From: Gekko japonicus
Lineage: Eukaryota
NCBI RefSeq assembly: GCF_001447785.1
Contig: NW_015165238.1
Coordinates: 219,633 to 283,632 of the forward strand
DNA: 64,000 bases
Direction: 5' to 3'
This document shows, piece after piece, positions 1 to 11,302 of this stretch; position 1 is the stretch's first letter; every line of letters begins with the position of its first letter. The position numbers and the translations under genes are program-made. The notes under the pieces are model-generated. The model was not told where the DNA came from and searched no databases. It saw only the letters and a list, made by a program, of their open reading frames with translations.

Positions 1-763
1 GGCGGTAGACCAGGTCCCGGAGGCCCTTGCGGACCCCCGGCGGTGGCGGCGGTGCAGGCACTCCCTGAACAGGTGGCGCTTGTGGAGGTGGTAGTACCGG
101 CGGCGGGGCCTGCGGAGGTGGCGCAGGTGGTCCCTGTGCAGGTGGAACTTGCGGCTGCGGGGCATAATCTGCTAGAAAATTAGTCATTCGAATGTCCATC
201 ATCCCCGGTAACGCTTCCATCACATCGTGGACCGTGCGCATCAGATCTCTCACCGATTGTTCCAGCTCCTCCAGCCGTTCCCTTGTCGTTTCCTCCGGGA
301 TCGGCTCCCGTGGTTGGTATTCAGGAGGCGGCCCATAGTCTCCCTCCGTCTGGAAGTCGGCGGCTCCCTCTGAGGATCCTGCCCGGGCTCCCTCCCCCAT
401 CGGTTCAAACATCCAGTCTTCCACGTCTCTCCGATAACTCCCAGTCTCCCCCGCACTCCCGGAGTCGGGAAACATTCCTTTGTCGAAAAGACTTTCTCGA
501 AGCCCACTGCCTCGACGGGAATACACCTCCCTGGTGCCTTGGGTGTTATACAAAGCCCAATCATCCTGTGCTGGGGTCTTCCGCGCACCCCAATGCGAAG
601 GGGTCGGTGGCGGCCACGACAGGTATGCAGGCATTCGGGGAATCGCTCCCCCCACAGCACCTTCCCCTGGTGCGGTAGTTGTTACAATCAAAGGTGCGGA
701 GGTAGTTGGGACCGATCCCGTGTCCCCCTCCGTGGTAGGTAGGTATCCCTCAGACCCGCTCAT
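1..763 (-). CDS. Gag-like ORF (N-terminal part, runs off the window edge) of an LTR retrotransposon
   Basis: Manual translation from ATG at 763 is open for ~254 codons to position 1 (no stop, so absent from the ORF track): MSGSEGYLPTTEG...YGPPPEYQPREPIPEETTRERLEELEQSVRDLMRTVHDVMEAL...Pro-rich. It starts ~48 nt inside the LTR end and is CpG-rich. Confidence 0.7.
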   Translation of the reverse strand, partial: MSGSEGYLPTTEGDTGSVPTTSAPLIVTTTAPGEGAVGGAIPRMPAYLSWPPPTPSHWGARKTPAQDDWALYNTQGTREVYSRRGSGLRESLFDKGMFPDSGSAGETGSYRRDVEDWMFEPMGEGARAGSSEGAADFQTEGDYGPPPEYQPREPIPEETTRERLEELEQSVRDLMRTVHDVMEALPGMMDIRMTNFLADYAPQPQVPPAQGPPAPPPQAPPPVLPPPQAPPVQGVPAPPPPPGVRKGLRDLVYR

Positions 764-810
764 GGTCTCGCCAGAATCGGGACGATAGGAGAAAGGGAGT
801 TCTAACAATA

Positions 811-1230
811 TGTTGGATCCCCAAGCATCGAGAATAAATCCACGTTTCAAAGAAAGCAAAGTTTATTTCAAAGCATTGGAAAGACACTCAAACACGTTCT
901 TTGTTAGAACTGGGGACCAGCAGTTAGGGCAGACATGATAAAGGGATTCAAGTTAGATACAGAACCAATGGATAACGTTCCCGCCGGCGGGCAGGAGAAA
1001 ACGGTTCCTTGCTCAGATCTTGGGAACCAGGCAAACAGTAGACACAACACAGGTGCAGTTCTCAGGCTTGAGAAATAACAAGCTGGCAGCGAAGCATACT
1101 CTCCCCCTCACATCCTCCAGTTGTTTTACTTTGGCATTACAGCAGGCAAACACATAGGTCAGCTGGCAGGGACAGGGATCACATATGTACAACCAGAAGT
1201 CACACAGAACACCATGGCAGCTTGCTGACA
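811..1230 (-). mobile_element. 5' LTR of a Gypsy/chromovirus-like (Tf1/sushi-type) retrotransposon
   Basis: The minus strand begins TGTCAGC (1230) and ends CCAACA (811), with AATAAA at ~862-867. Immediately after 1230 the host duplicated block resumes (ctaaccaaactagaatg, cf. 13826, 36970, 42640). Confidence 0.75.
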
Positions 1231-1814
1231 CTAACCAAACTAGAATGAAAGAACCAGAATATGGTATCCAACTACATCTAGCTGAGTAAGAACAATACTA
1301 TACTGATGGTGCTGAAAACTGTGAAGAAGACTGGTCTATCAATAAGACAAGTTCCTTTGACTTGTCATCACTCAGTTCCATCATCGGGTTGAAAAAAAAT
1401 GGATTAAAATGCATCCAAATTAATCCAAACAATCCAAACCCAACCTCCATACAATCGTATACAAGAATGATATGGATTTGTGGGAGAAGTCATGCTAACT
1501 GTACAGATCATCTGAGCATTCTAGATACTGACCTTTTACAGGATATCCTGAAATATTTAAGAGCATAAGAGAAACCATGCTGGATCAGGCCAATGGCCCA
1601 TCCAGTCCAACATTCTGTGTCACACAGAGGCCAAAACCCAGGTGTCATCAGGAGTTCCACCAACAGAGCCAGAACTCGAGAAACCCTTCCAGTGTTGCCC
1701 TCCAAGCAGCAATAATACAGAGAATCACTGCCACAGGCATAATGTTACATCTATACTTTGTGGCAAATAGCCACTGATGGACCTCTGCGTCATATCTTTA
1801 TCTAATACAACTCT

Positions 1815-3617
1815 CTTTTTTTTTGGCCCCCCGAATGGGATTTTTTAATTGCATTTTATATAAGGACTACAAACTACAATGAAAATGGGGGGGGCTACAA
1901 TTAAGGAGAAAGAAAAGATAGCCAGTACAGACTAAAAACCCAAGAGAGGAGATAATCAAATTAGCTTAAATACAAAGCCATCCCTTAAAACGCTAACAAT
2001 TTTATGAACTTAGATATGGTAATGTAACTTTTAAATCTTAAATTTAACTGTTGTAAAAAAAACCAAAGTATCTCAGTATTAACAACAATATTTTCAAAGG
2101 CACAATTCAGAGTCCTTCAGCCTTCATTTTTTCTTATCCTGTCTTTTCCGCAGTTTGTAAGGACTTATAGGAGCCGCTGCCCCTTTCTCAGAAAGAGAGT
2201 CCTCTCTGGAAGACCCCGAGTCCAGGTCACCACTGGATTTACTGTCCTTCTCTTTTTCCATCTCCTCTGGCTCTCCCAACTGGATTCTCAGAAATTCCCG
2301 TGCTTTGGAAACAGAGTCAATCTTTTCTTTTTTATCCTGAAGTTTGAAGGTTACGCCCTCTAGAATTAGCCACCTGTACACTATTGCATTTGTTTGAATT
2401 TCTTTCTCCTTTGTTTTATTTCAAATGGGATATCTTTCAAGATCCTGATAGTATTGTCCCCAATTTTCAAAGGTGTCCCGGCTATTGCTCTCAGGATAGA
2501 ATCCCTCACAGGCCTCTTAGAGAATCTCATTACTATTTCCCCAGGCAGATTATTTTTCTTTATATATCCGGAATATGACCTATAGGCCACATCCATCTCA
2601 CTCATCAAAAACTCCAGCTTCAAATCTGTCACTGGGGCCAATGCTTTGCTCATCATTTGCTTCAGATACTCGCCCTTAGTTTCTGGGACACCTTGGAAAC
2701 GAAGGATCAGGTTTGCCTTCTCCATTTGTAATTGTAAAAGCTGTTCTTCTGTTGAAACTTGCTTCTTTTCCAATTTTTGTACCTTTTTCTTTACCTTTTG
2801 AGCAGTGGCGTCCACTTTTTTCTCTTTCTCAGCTGTTTGTTCTGTAATTTTAAGAGACTCATTCAATTGCATCTGCTGAGTAGTGATACATTGGTTCATT
2901 GTTGACAACTGTTCCTTGAGATTAGTCATCTGGTCCAACAGGGGGGCACAGGGACTCTGCCAACGTTTTGGCCAGCTCAGTGGTTCCTTCGAGTCGTGGG
3001 CTCTCAGCTACTTTCACTTTTAAAAGTTTCTCTTTCTCGGTCCTCTTCCCTGCCATCTTTATGGGTTGTTTACTTTCGCAAAAAAAATTAAAGTCTCTGA
3101 ATATGCGCTCTTACGCTTATACGCGCCTTGGTAAGTCTTTCCCAACAGATTTCACCATTTGTGCTTCCGCTCCCCCCCCCAGGTCTCGCTTTTAAGTTTA
3201 TGTGCATGGGAGGGGCCCCTCCCCCGCTCTCTTTGCTTTCTAGTCTGTGGGGTGGGGAGCTTTCTTTTTAACTTAGCAAATACGCTCTAGTCTGACTTAC
3301 TGTTCATATTCGGTCATCCAACCTCACTTAGCCTTCATTTCAGCTGCTCGATCTCCAGCGCTTGTCCCGGTCAGCATCACTAGTTCCATTCGGACACTCA
3401 GCAGAAGGACCATCGGGATGGAGAAGCGCCTCGATTCCCCAGCATCGCGCTGGTGAAGAGGCAACTTCTCAGAAGTCTCATGACTAGGAACCTTACAGCA
3501 AGGCTCCGGGGGGGGGGTAGTGATACCTCACCCCCCTCCTTTCTGCTGGTGTGCAGCTTCACCCCCGGGAAGTCTGGGAGGTGAGTCTGCTCAATGCGCC
3601 ACCATAAACTGGAAGTC
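1815..3617 (-). mobile_element. ORF1-only L1 derivative (half-L1/HAL1-like), full length ~1.8 kb
   Basis: L1-like 5' start GACTTCCAGTTTATGGTGGCG, an ORF1, a short 3'UTR and an A9 tail (T run 1816-1824). 15-bp TSD atctaat(a/c)caactct at 1800-1814 and 3618-3632. No ORF2. Confidence 0.75.
2124..3056 (-). pseudogene. Degenerate L1 ORF1p (coiled coil + RRM + CTD)
   Basis: ORFs 2381-2938 and 2124-2381: coiled coil, LRFQGVPE, DVAYR, IRILKDIPFEIKQRRK, YRWLILEGVTF. ATG at 3056, a frameshift near 2940 and a stop/frameshift at 2381. Confidence 0.8.
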
Positions 3618-4934
3618 ATCTAATCCAACTCTTGAAGCTGTCCATGCTTATAGGTGCCACCACTTCCTGAAGCAATGCATTTCATGTGTTAGTTAGTCTT
3701 TGTGTGAAGAAGTAATTAAATTTCCCAATTCTGCAGATCTGCTAAAAGTAAAGCTGCACTCTGCATCTGAATGACCCTATAACACCAAGGATCTGGGGAA
3801 AATTCTATTTTTTCATATTGTATTATGTCTCTTTTTGCTACTGCAATCTAAATCCATAAGTCCTGCTTTTCCTAGACACATTCACTCTCTGGGAGCCAGT
3901 CTGAACCCATCCATGATGCTGAATCATGTTTGGTCTGTGAATGAAGACATGAAATAGCAGATTATAAATTAAACTAAAATTAAATAGCATAAACCAAACA
4001 TTTCTCTACCTTTAGTATAGGCCGCCACCCAATGAGCAGCGATAGTAATTGCCAGCATTGTGAGTAACACCACCGTGGCTCACAGTTGCATGCCAGACAG
4101 ATTAGACTATGTGTGCCAAGCATTATTCTCTTTCCTAATGTGCCATAGAGAAACTTAAGTTCTGACTGATATGGCTCCCTCACTAGAGTCTTCCTAGCAG
4201 CTTTTCTTGGTACAACCTCTCTTCATCCTTGGATGCATCAAGGAGCTCAGATACATATACATTAAGCTGCCTTTTACTGAGTCAGACTATTGGTTCAACA
4301 AGGCAAGTATTGTCTATTCTGGCTGGAACTGGCTTTTCACCATCTCTGGAAGAGGTATTTCACATGACTCAATCATTGTAGTACATGATATGGACTGAAA
4401 TGAGTCGTGTTGGCTCCTTTCACAGTGAGGAAGTGAAGGTGTGGCTTAAGCTAATTTCTGTGGTTGGATAGATCCAGGTGGGCAGCTGTGTTTGTCTGAC
4501 ACATTAGAACAAATTTAGAGTACAGGGGCACCTTCAAGACCAACAAAACTTTATTCTAGGCATGAGCTTTCATGTGCATGCACTCTTTTTCAAATACATT
4601 GGAATGGGAGGTAACAGCTCAGACTTATAGACAATGGCTGAACAGTAAATTAGCATGTAACATGATGAAGATCTTTTAGGATATGCAAGGACAAAATAAA
4701 TAACAAGCTACAGTTATAAGGTCAGCAGCTGTTTTGATTTAATTAAGGGGGAAAACAGTGAAGCAATAAATATGTCAAAAAAGGAGATAAATATGTAAAT
4801 GTATTTGTGGGAAGTAAACTGAGACTTGGTTGCTATGCTCCATTCACCTCCTCTTCCACAAATGAGAAACCACCCCCCCAAAAAACCCCAATACATTCAC
4901 CAGATAAGTTTTATTGAGAGTTATAATATTATGT

Positions 4935-6312
4935 CTATAGGTTGAAAATAGAGGCCAAGGTATTTGAAGTGCTTAACTTGTTCTGTTTCTTTCCTGCCAA
5001 TTATCCATTTAAATGGTTTCCAAGTTTTAGAGAAGTCTAGGATTTTTGATTTCCCATGATTCAGCTGTAACTTGTTAGTTGTAAAGAACTCAAGGCAACG
5101 GGTCAGTAAGCGTTTTAAGCCAGCTCTGGAATGGGACAATAATACTGTATTGTCAGCATACAGAAGTAGGGGTACATGTAAAGAGCCAAGTTTGGGGCTT
5201 TGATAATCAGCTCCTGACAAACGAGGGGCAAAGTCACTGAGAAAAAGATTAAATATAAAGGGAGCTAGAATGCAACCCTGTTTGACTCCCATATTAGTAG
5301 AGATTTTTGGGGTTAATTTGCCTGCTAATGAACATTTAATTTGGCAAGTGTTGGAGGTATAGAGCTTCTTGATAAGCATAAGAAGTCTTTTGTCCATATT
5401 TAGTTGAGTTAATTTAACTCAACTAAACTCAACTAAACTTATCAAGAGCTTCTTGATAAGCATAAGAAGTCTTTTGTCCATATTTAATTGAGTTAATTTA
5501 ACCCAAAGAAGTTCCGTATCAATTGAGTCAAAAGCTTCCTTCAGATCTAGGAAAGCCACAAATAATTTTGAGTTATTTTGAATAACATACTTATTGATCA
5601 AATGAGAATAGTACAATGATCTAAGGCCCCAGTCACACGGGATGGATAGTGTGTGGGGGGGGTGGCGGGGCTATTTGCACTACCACAATTGGAGCCGCCA
5701 GATGCGTTGGTGGCATGCCATGGTTCCTTCCCTCCGCACCTGCATGTCAACGAGAGGCCGGAGGGAAAAGCCATGTGCCGGCGCGATCACATCAAGGGAG
5801 TCCGGAGGCAGCCCGTGGCAAACCGTTTGCTAGTACCTTCAAGGAGGTAGTTTTTTATCATGCATTTTCGGCAGTATGCCACGAGTTGGCCATGGGTGCG
5901 CTGCACTTGCCAGATGTTGCGGTGTGATCACACCCGGAAAATCCACCATTCAATCGTGGCTCTCCCGCGACAAATTCAGCGTGTGAATGGGGCCTTAGGT
6001 ACCTGTTTTCCCTTTGCAAAAACCTAACTGTTCTGGACCCAAAACATTTTGCTGCGACATCCAGAGAGTAAGTTGGCTAATAAATGTTTAGTATACAACT
6101 TGCCCATTGTAGAAAGTAAACTGATTGGCTTATAATTGGCAGGAATAGTATAATCACCTTTTTTATATATGAGGATCACTATTGCATTCAGCCATGCATT
6201 AGGAATAAGGCCAGTTCTATCTATAATTGTAAAGAGGGATGAAAGAGGAGCAGCCCACCAATCCGGATCTGATTTTAGAATCTCAGAAGGAATTATGTCT
6301 ATGCCAATGCCT
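4935..6312 (-). mobile_element. Non-LTR retrotransposon RT fragment (RTE-X/L2-like)
   Basis: IPNAWLNAIVILIYKKGD..NYKPISLLS, VAFLDLKEAFDSI, GVKQGCILAPFIFNLF, LLYADN. Interrupted by a MITE and a local duplication. Confidence 0.85.
5625..5994. mobile_element. PIF/Harbinger-type MITE nested in the LINE
   Basis: TIR GGCCCCAGTCACACG...CGTGTGAATGGGGCC; flanks taa/tta; internally similar to the 12142, 35679 and 46072 copies. Confidence 0.75.
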
Positions 6313-6607
6313 ATATGTTAAAAAAGGGATAGTTCTCATATAAATCTTTGAAAAATGGAACCTCTCTCTCATTACGTACTTTCATGATGGTGGCTGTATG
6401 CAAGTCCCCTAGCACCATAGAGGAGAAGAAGATTTAGGGGCTATGAGCTCTCAAGAGTCAAAGCTGTCTTCTTCATTAACATTCTGCCATATATTCCCTT
6501 CATTTTGTTAATATATTTGCCTTTTGTGTTATTACACGTCTTTGGGTACTCAGTTTTTTCATCAGAGAGGGAAGAAAAAGAAGAAAGGAGTGTTTGTTAA
6601 TGAGGGA

Positions 6608-6845
6608 AATATGAATCTCCCTGTGATAAAGACACTTTACTTGTAAGAACTTGCTTGAGCAGATCTCTGGAGAGGCGACATATAGATGTTTGAAACAAAC
6701 ATTCTAAATGAAAGACAGGGGTATTTTGAAGTCTTAATGAGTATTGCATCATATGTTTTAGAAGGGGGATTTGCTAATTGTTCTGAAAATCCTTTTTTAA
6801 GGTACCAAGAGGTTGCTCTCTGTAGACGTTCTCTTATATAAAGCC
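6608..6845 (+). promoter_or_regulatory. Candidate OR promoter block (paralogs at ~17700-17925, ~27680-27867, ~30500-30748, ~37530-37755)
   Basis: Duplicated block with O/E-like TCCCTGTGA and TCTCTGGAGA, homeodomain-type TAATGA (6735) and TAATTG (6775), and TATATAAA (6835), 1.7-2.5 kb upstream of each + strand OR ATG. Confidence 0.45.
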
Positions 6846-6986
6846 TCTTTTGCTTACAGAACTGGGTAACTGGCAAGATAAAATTACTTCCTCCAGGAAA
6901 TATTAGTCATTTTTCTACGATAGTTTGACAAATGTGCAACAGCTGTATGGACTTACCTCTCAATCATTCTTTACTGATGTCACAAA

Positions 6987-7192
6987 CAATGCTATCTCTA
7001 AGCTGTGGAGTCTTGTGAGCAAAAACTCTACTTTGTGAGCTACTGGCATTAACGTTGTGAGCAAGCGATTTGGCTACTGCATAAATTGGTTTGTTCTGGA
7101 GCCATCCTTCCTGAGCGAAGACAAAAATGTGTGAGCCAGAGGATAAAAAACTGTGAGCTAGTTCACACTAACTCTGTTTAGAGGGAACACTT
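6987..7192. mobile_element. hAT-like MITE
   Basis: Ends caatgctatctctaa...ttagagggaacactt; imperfect 8-bp TSD gtcacaaa/gtcacatg; absent from paralogous blocks (e.g. ~28000). Confidence 0.6.
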
Positions 7193-8503
7193 GTCACATG
7201 ATGGTTAACATTAAAAGCTTTATGTGAGTGTTTGTGTGTGTACTTATTATTATTCTAATGACATAGCATAGGACTTATTTAAAGACTGACTGAATGAATG
7301 AATTTTATTGTTACAGCGCATAGCCAGCAATATAAAACCTTAAAAAAATAAATTACAATAACCGGATGATAAAACTGTATGATTCTCAGAAACTATTTCA
7401 GGGAGAATATATAAGGCAGGATTCATGACGACATACTCGGTCAAAAACATATTCCATCATATGAAGTGTCTTTTATTCAACGGATGATGACCTCCAAGAG
7501 AAAGCCTCATTTGTACAAAAAGATGTGATTGTGACAATATAAGCTGCTTGTAGCTATGACTGTGTGAATCTGGCCAACTTTCCAATTCAAGCCCAAATCC
7601 ACAAATGGGGGCGGTAATGAGGAGGGCGAATTGGCTGATGTTGAATGGAAAGTTGGATGCATCCAGCTCAAGAAGCTGTTGGTTTGAACAATAGATTAAA
7701 ATTTTCTCATTTCTCTTTCTTAATGCAGGCCACTAATCTCCATGAAATCCTGCTTCTGGAGGATAAGGCACCCTAAGGAATGGCATGAGGGGTATGTGCA
7801 AGAGGAGGGTGGTATTGGCGGCAATTGCCAAGATAGTTGGGATCAAACCCAGTGTTTGTATTCTTACATGTCATTTAGCTTGTATCTTAAAATGTAAGGA
7901 ATTATTCAGATATTTTCTATTCAGAACAATTCCATTACCAATTGGGGTGAGTAACATGTGCTGCTGGTTCCAGAACATGGGAAACAGCTGTTTTGTAAAA
8001 ACTAGATTGTAGGCCTGCTGATCAGAGGGTTTCCTGGATTTAAATTCTACTCCACTAGGAAACCATTACAGACTAGGAATTTGCTTGGACAAAATCAGTT
8101 GCCCACTGTCAGCCTGCCCTACCTCACAGGATTGTTGTTAAGACAAAGTGGAGGATAAGAAAATGATGTAAGGCATTTTCAGGCCCCATGGGAGTAAAAG
8201 GCACAGTTTAAATGAAGTAAAATAAATAAATGGTGTATGCTAGCCATCTTATGGCCCAAAACTAACAATGGATTGCATAGTAACAATGAGATGGTCTACT
8301 ACATGAGGTAATAACTGCACAATTAACTTTGTAAGAGAAAAAAGTCTTTTGGTGTGGTTTCCATATGCCCAAATAAAACACATGATAATATTTTATAAAT
8401 CTCAGCATTGATGGTAGGAGAGAGGGTATAATAATTTCTAGGATTAGGGTCTTTTACTTTAATACCTTATCATTTTTTAATTTCATCTTCAGTTATTCAA
8501 ACA

Positions 8504-9451
8504 ATGGAGCATATGGAGACAGATAATAAAACAACAGTAAGTACATTTATTCTTCTGGGATTTGGAAATACCCCTGAACTTCAGATTCCTCTCTTCCTGG
8601 TTTTCCTAATAATCTACAGTCTGACCATGACTGGAAACATCATCATCATTGTGTTAGTAATCACAGATCATCACCTTCACATCCCCATGTATTTCTTCCT
8701 TGGAAACTTGTCCTGTTTGGAGACTTTCTACACATCAACCATTCTCCCCAGGATGTTGGCCAGTTTCCTAACAGGGGACAGAACCATTTCTTTTAGGGGC
8801 TGCTATATCCAGTTTTACTGTTTTGGTATACTTGGGGTTGCTGAGTGCTACCTACTGGCATCAATGTCATATGATAGGTATTTGGCAATATGCAAGCCCC
8901 TCCACTATGCCACCCTCATGAGCAGAAGACTCTGCTTTCTGTTGTCAGCTGTAACTTGGCTTTGTGGGATAGCAGTCATGACTTTACTAATGTCTTTGAT
9001 GTCAGAGCTGATATATTGTGGCCCCCATGAAATTGATCATTTCTTTTGTGACTTTACACCAGTGATTAATCTATCGTGCAGTGACACAACACTGTTGACA
9101 CTGGTGAGCCTCATCGTGTCTTTCATAAATATTGTTCCTTCTTTTCTTCTGACCGTGCTGTCTTACATTTGTATAATTGCTGCCATCATACGAATCCCCT
9201 CTTCAGATGGGAGGAAAAAAGCCTTTTCCACTTGTTCTTCCCACCTCATTGTAGTTTCCATCTTTTATGGTTCACTGATGTTTGTATATGTGCTACCACA
9301 AAAAGAAGCTATGAGAGAAGTGGACAAGATGTTCTCGGTCTTCTACACAGTCTTAACCCCTCTAATTAATCCCCTCATCTATAGTCTAAGAAACGAAGAG
9401 GTTAAAAAAGCTTTAAGGAGAGCTGTCAACAAGTGTGGGTTTTCCAAGTGA
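8504..9451 (+). CDS. Olfactory receptor, intact, 315 aa (class II, OR6/OR11-like)
   Basis: N-glycosylation site NKT; GN, LHIPMYFFLGNLS, MSYDRYLAIC, HFFCD, KAFSTCSSHL, PLINPLIYSLRN; polypyrimidine/AG acceptor at 8491-8492. Confidence 0.97.
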   Translation: MEHMETDNKTTVSTFILLGFGNTPELQIPLFLVFLIIYSLTMTGNIIIIVLVITDHHLHIPMYFFLGNLSCLETFYTSTILPRMLASFLTGDRTISFRGCYIQFYCFGILGVAECYLLASMSYDRYLAICKPLHYATLMSRRLCFLLSAVTWLCGIAVMTLLMSLMSELIYCGPHEIDHFFCDFTPVINLSCSDTTLLTLVSLIVSFINIVPSFLLTVLSYICIIAAIIRIPSSDGRKKAFSTCSSHLIVVSIFYGSLMFVYVLPQKEAMREVDKMFSVFYTVLTPLINPLIYSLRNEEVKKALRRAVNKCGFSK

Positions 9452-9782
9452 TTTGCTGGCGATGGAGAGGAATTACATCGAACTAGTCAGGAATAAAATT
9501 TACAGGGTCGAGCAACTTTTTGTAGGCTCCTGTAAGAGTATCATTTTATTCACATACTTGAGTTTTTAGCTTTAGTAGTGAAGGCATAATGGAATGCAGT
9601 AAGAGGGGGGAAATCTACTTTATTCCCAAATCCTCTTTATGCTGCTATTGATTCATCCATGAATTAACTGTTAACATAATGATACTAGTAGGAATATGTT
9701 GTGATTATTTCAGGCACTTCCCCACAAAAAAAACAATGTTTGATACTCATCAGATAAGTATTTATTACTGTTGTGAAAACAT

Positions 9783-10672
9783 CAGTTTAATGTAGTAGTT
9801 AAGAATGGTGTACCATAATCTGGAGAACCAGGTTTGATTCGATCCAAAATAACATCTTTGGGCCTCTCCTTGGAGGAGTTAGCTTTCTCCTCTGAAGTGT
9901 ATATTTTTAATACAATCAAACAGAGGCTTTTAGATATTGAGTTTCAAAAACTGCAGCCCTTTCATCCCCCTGTCTGCTCTTCAGCTTCATTAAATCTTAA
10001 GAATGATGTGGGATGTATTCCCCAGTATTTGTATAATTTGGATAGCCCTAGCCATCGAAGAGCTTTTCCCCTTGCTCGAGTAAATGCCTTTCCATCAAAA
10101 CTACTGTATGGTAGGTTTCATAATATTCCTAAGTATGAACGGAGATGTGACTGTGGTTCAAGCTCTCTTGATTCAATTGATCACATACTGCTGGACTGTT
10201 CGTTGCATGTATCTGCTAGGGAAAAATGGTTAAACTCTTGGTTGCATGGTAAATATCACCTTTCTAATGAAAGAAAATGTCAAATTCTATTGAATGATAC
10301 AACAGCAGAGATTACAGTGGCAGTGGCTAATTTTTTAGTTGATGTGATAAGAGTGAAAAATTTGGGAAACTCCGTTTCATGATTTTATAATTATTCCAGT
10401 TTTTTAGTTGACTGTGTCACTTTCTGTTTCTGATTTTAATGTTGTATATGCTATTAAAGGTTTATTGATTGATTGATTGATTCCCCACTCCTCCACATAA
10501 AGCCAGCTGGGTGACCTTGGATCAGTCACATCTCTCTCAGAGCTCTCTCAGCCCCATCTACCTCACAGGGCATCTGTTGTGGGAAAAGGAAGGGAGTGGG
10601 GTTGAAAGCCACTCAGAGATTCCTCTGGGTAGTGAGTGGCAGGGTATAAAACCAACTCTTATTTGTCTTCTT
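9783..10672 (+). mobile_element. tRNA-derived SINE (Squam3-like) split by a LINE insertion
   Basis: Head cagtttaatgtagtagttaag...ggtttgattc at 9783-9840; body resumes with cccactcctccac at ~10483 and ends in a tcttcttc tail. Confidence 0.7.
9841..10481 (+). mobile_element. RTE-X/L2-like LINE 3' fragment
   Basis: ORF 9834-10382 with RRAFPLAR..YGRF..ERRCDC..DSIDHILLDC zinc motif; (GATT)n tail; short ttgattc duplication. Confidence 0.8.
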
Positions 10673-11081
10673 CAAACACATGACCAAATAAATAATATTC
10701 ATACCTTTCCCTTATAACTGCATTGATAAATACAGCTAAATTACATTTGCACTTTCTGATATTCCCTGACAATAAAAACTCTAGTTTCTGTTGTTCTGTA
10801 GACAGTCATTCCTAGGTTAATATATTAATTACGAAATGAGGTATAAGGGGGGGCTACTAAAAATAATATTGGCAATTGAGTCAATTTGATCTTTGCAATA
10901 ATTACAGAAGCATTTCTTGGGGGTATTCACTAAAACAGCCCTTCATCTCAGTGGAAAGTAAAATATTTCTTCTAAGTAACAGGAAAAAGTGGCAATATTT
11001 TGGGTGTTAAATAAAACAAGTATATAGGTAATTCAAATGTTTTCTGATGAGATAAATGGAAGTAAATAGTGGAGCATTCCC

Positions 11082-11302
11082 AATCAGCTTGGAATTTTAC
11101 CAGAACCCAATCTTCTTCTTCAGCTGTGGTCACAAACACTAAATAATCCACTTTGAATCCACTTTCAATGCACTTTCCAACTGGATTTTGCCCATTCACA
11201 CAGTAAAAATCCAGTTGGAATGTGCACTGAAGGTAGATTATTTAGTGTGTGTGCCCAAAGCTGAAGAAGAAGATTGGGTTCTGGTAAAATTCCAAGCTGA
11301 TT
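11082..11302. repeat. ~220-bp palindrome: MITE core with a ~44-bp perfect outer inverted repeat
   Basis: aatcagcttggaattttaccagaacccaatcttcttcttcagct ... agctgaagaagaagattgggttctggtaaaattccaagctgatt; core homologous to 15835-15988. Confidence 0.85.

Larger units (their letters stand above)
1562..3715 (-). mobile_element. CR1 LINE 3' fragment, split by the half-L1 insertion
   Basis: Typical squamate CR1 3'UTR (cataagagaaaccatgctggatcaggccaatggcccatccagtcc...) at 1562-1800 that resumes at 3618-3715. An uninterrupted paralog is at 14176-14667. Confidence 0.75.

Noticed and set aside
250-788. Track ORFs 250-660, 283-678, 480-788, 539-742
   Set aside because: Shadow frames of the GC-rich gag-like ORF 763 to 1.
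9169-9369. Conserved alternative-frame ORFs within ORs (also 33179, 40493)
   Set aside because: By-product of paralog similarity; short, non-ATG starts.
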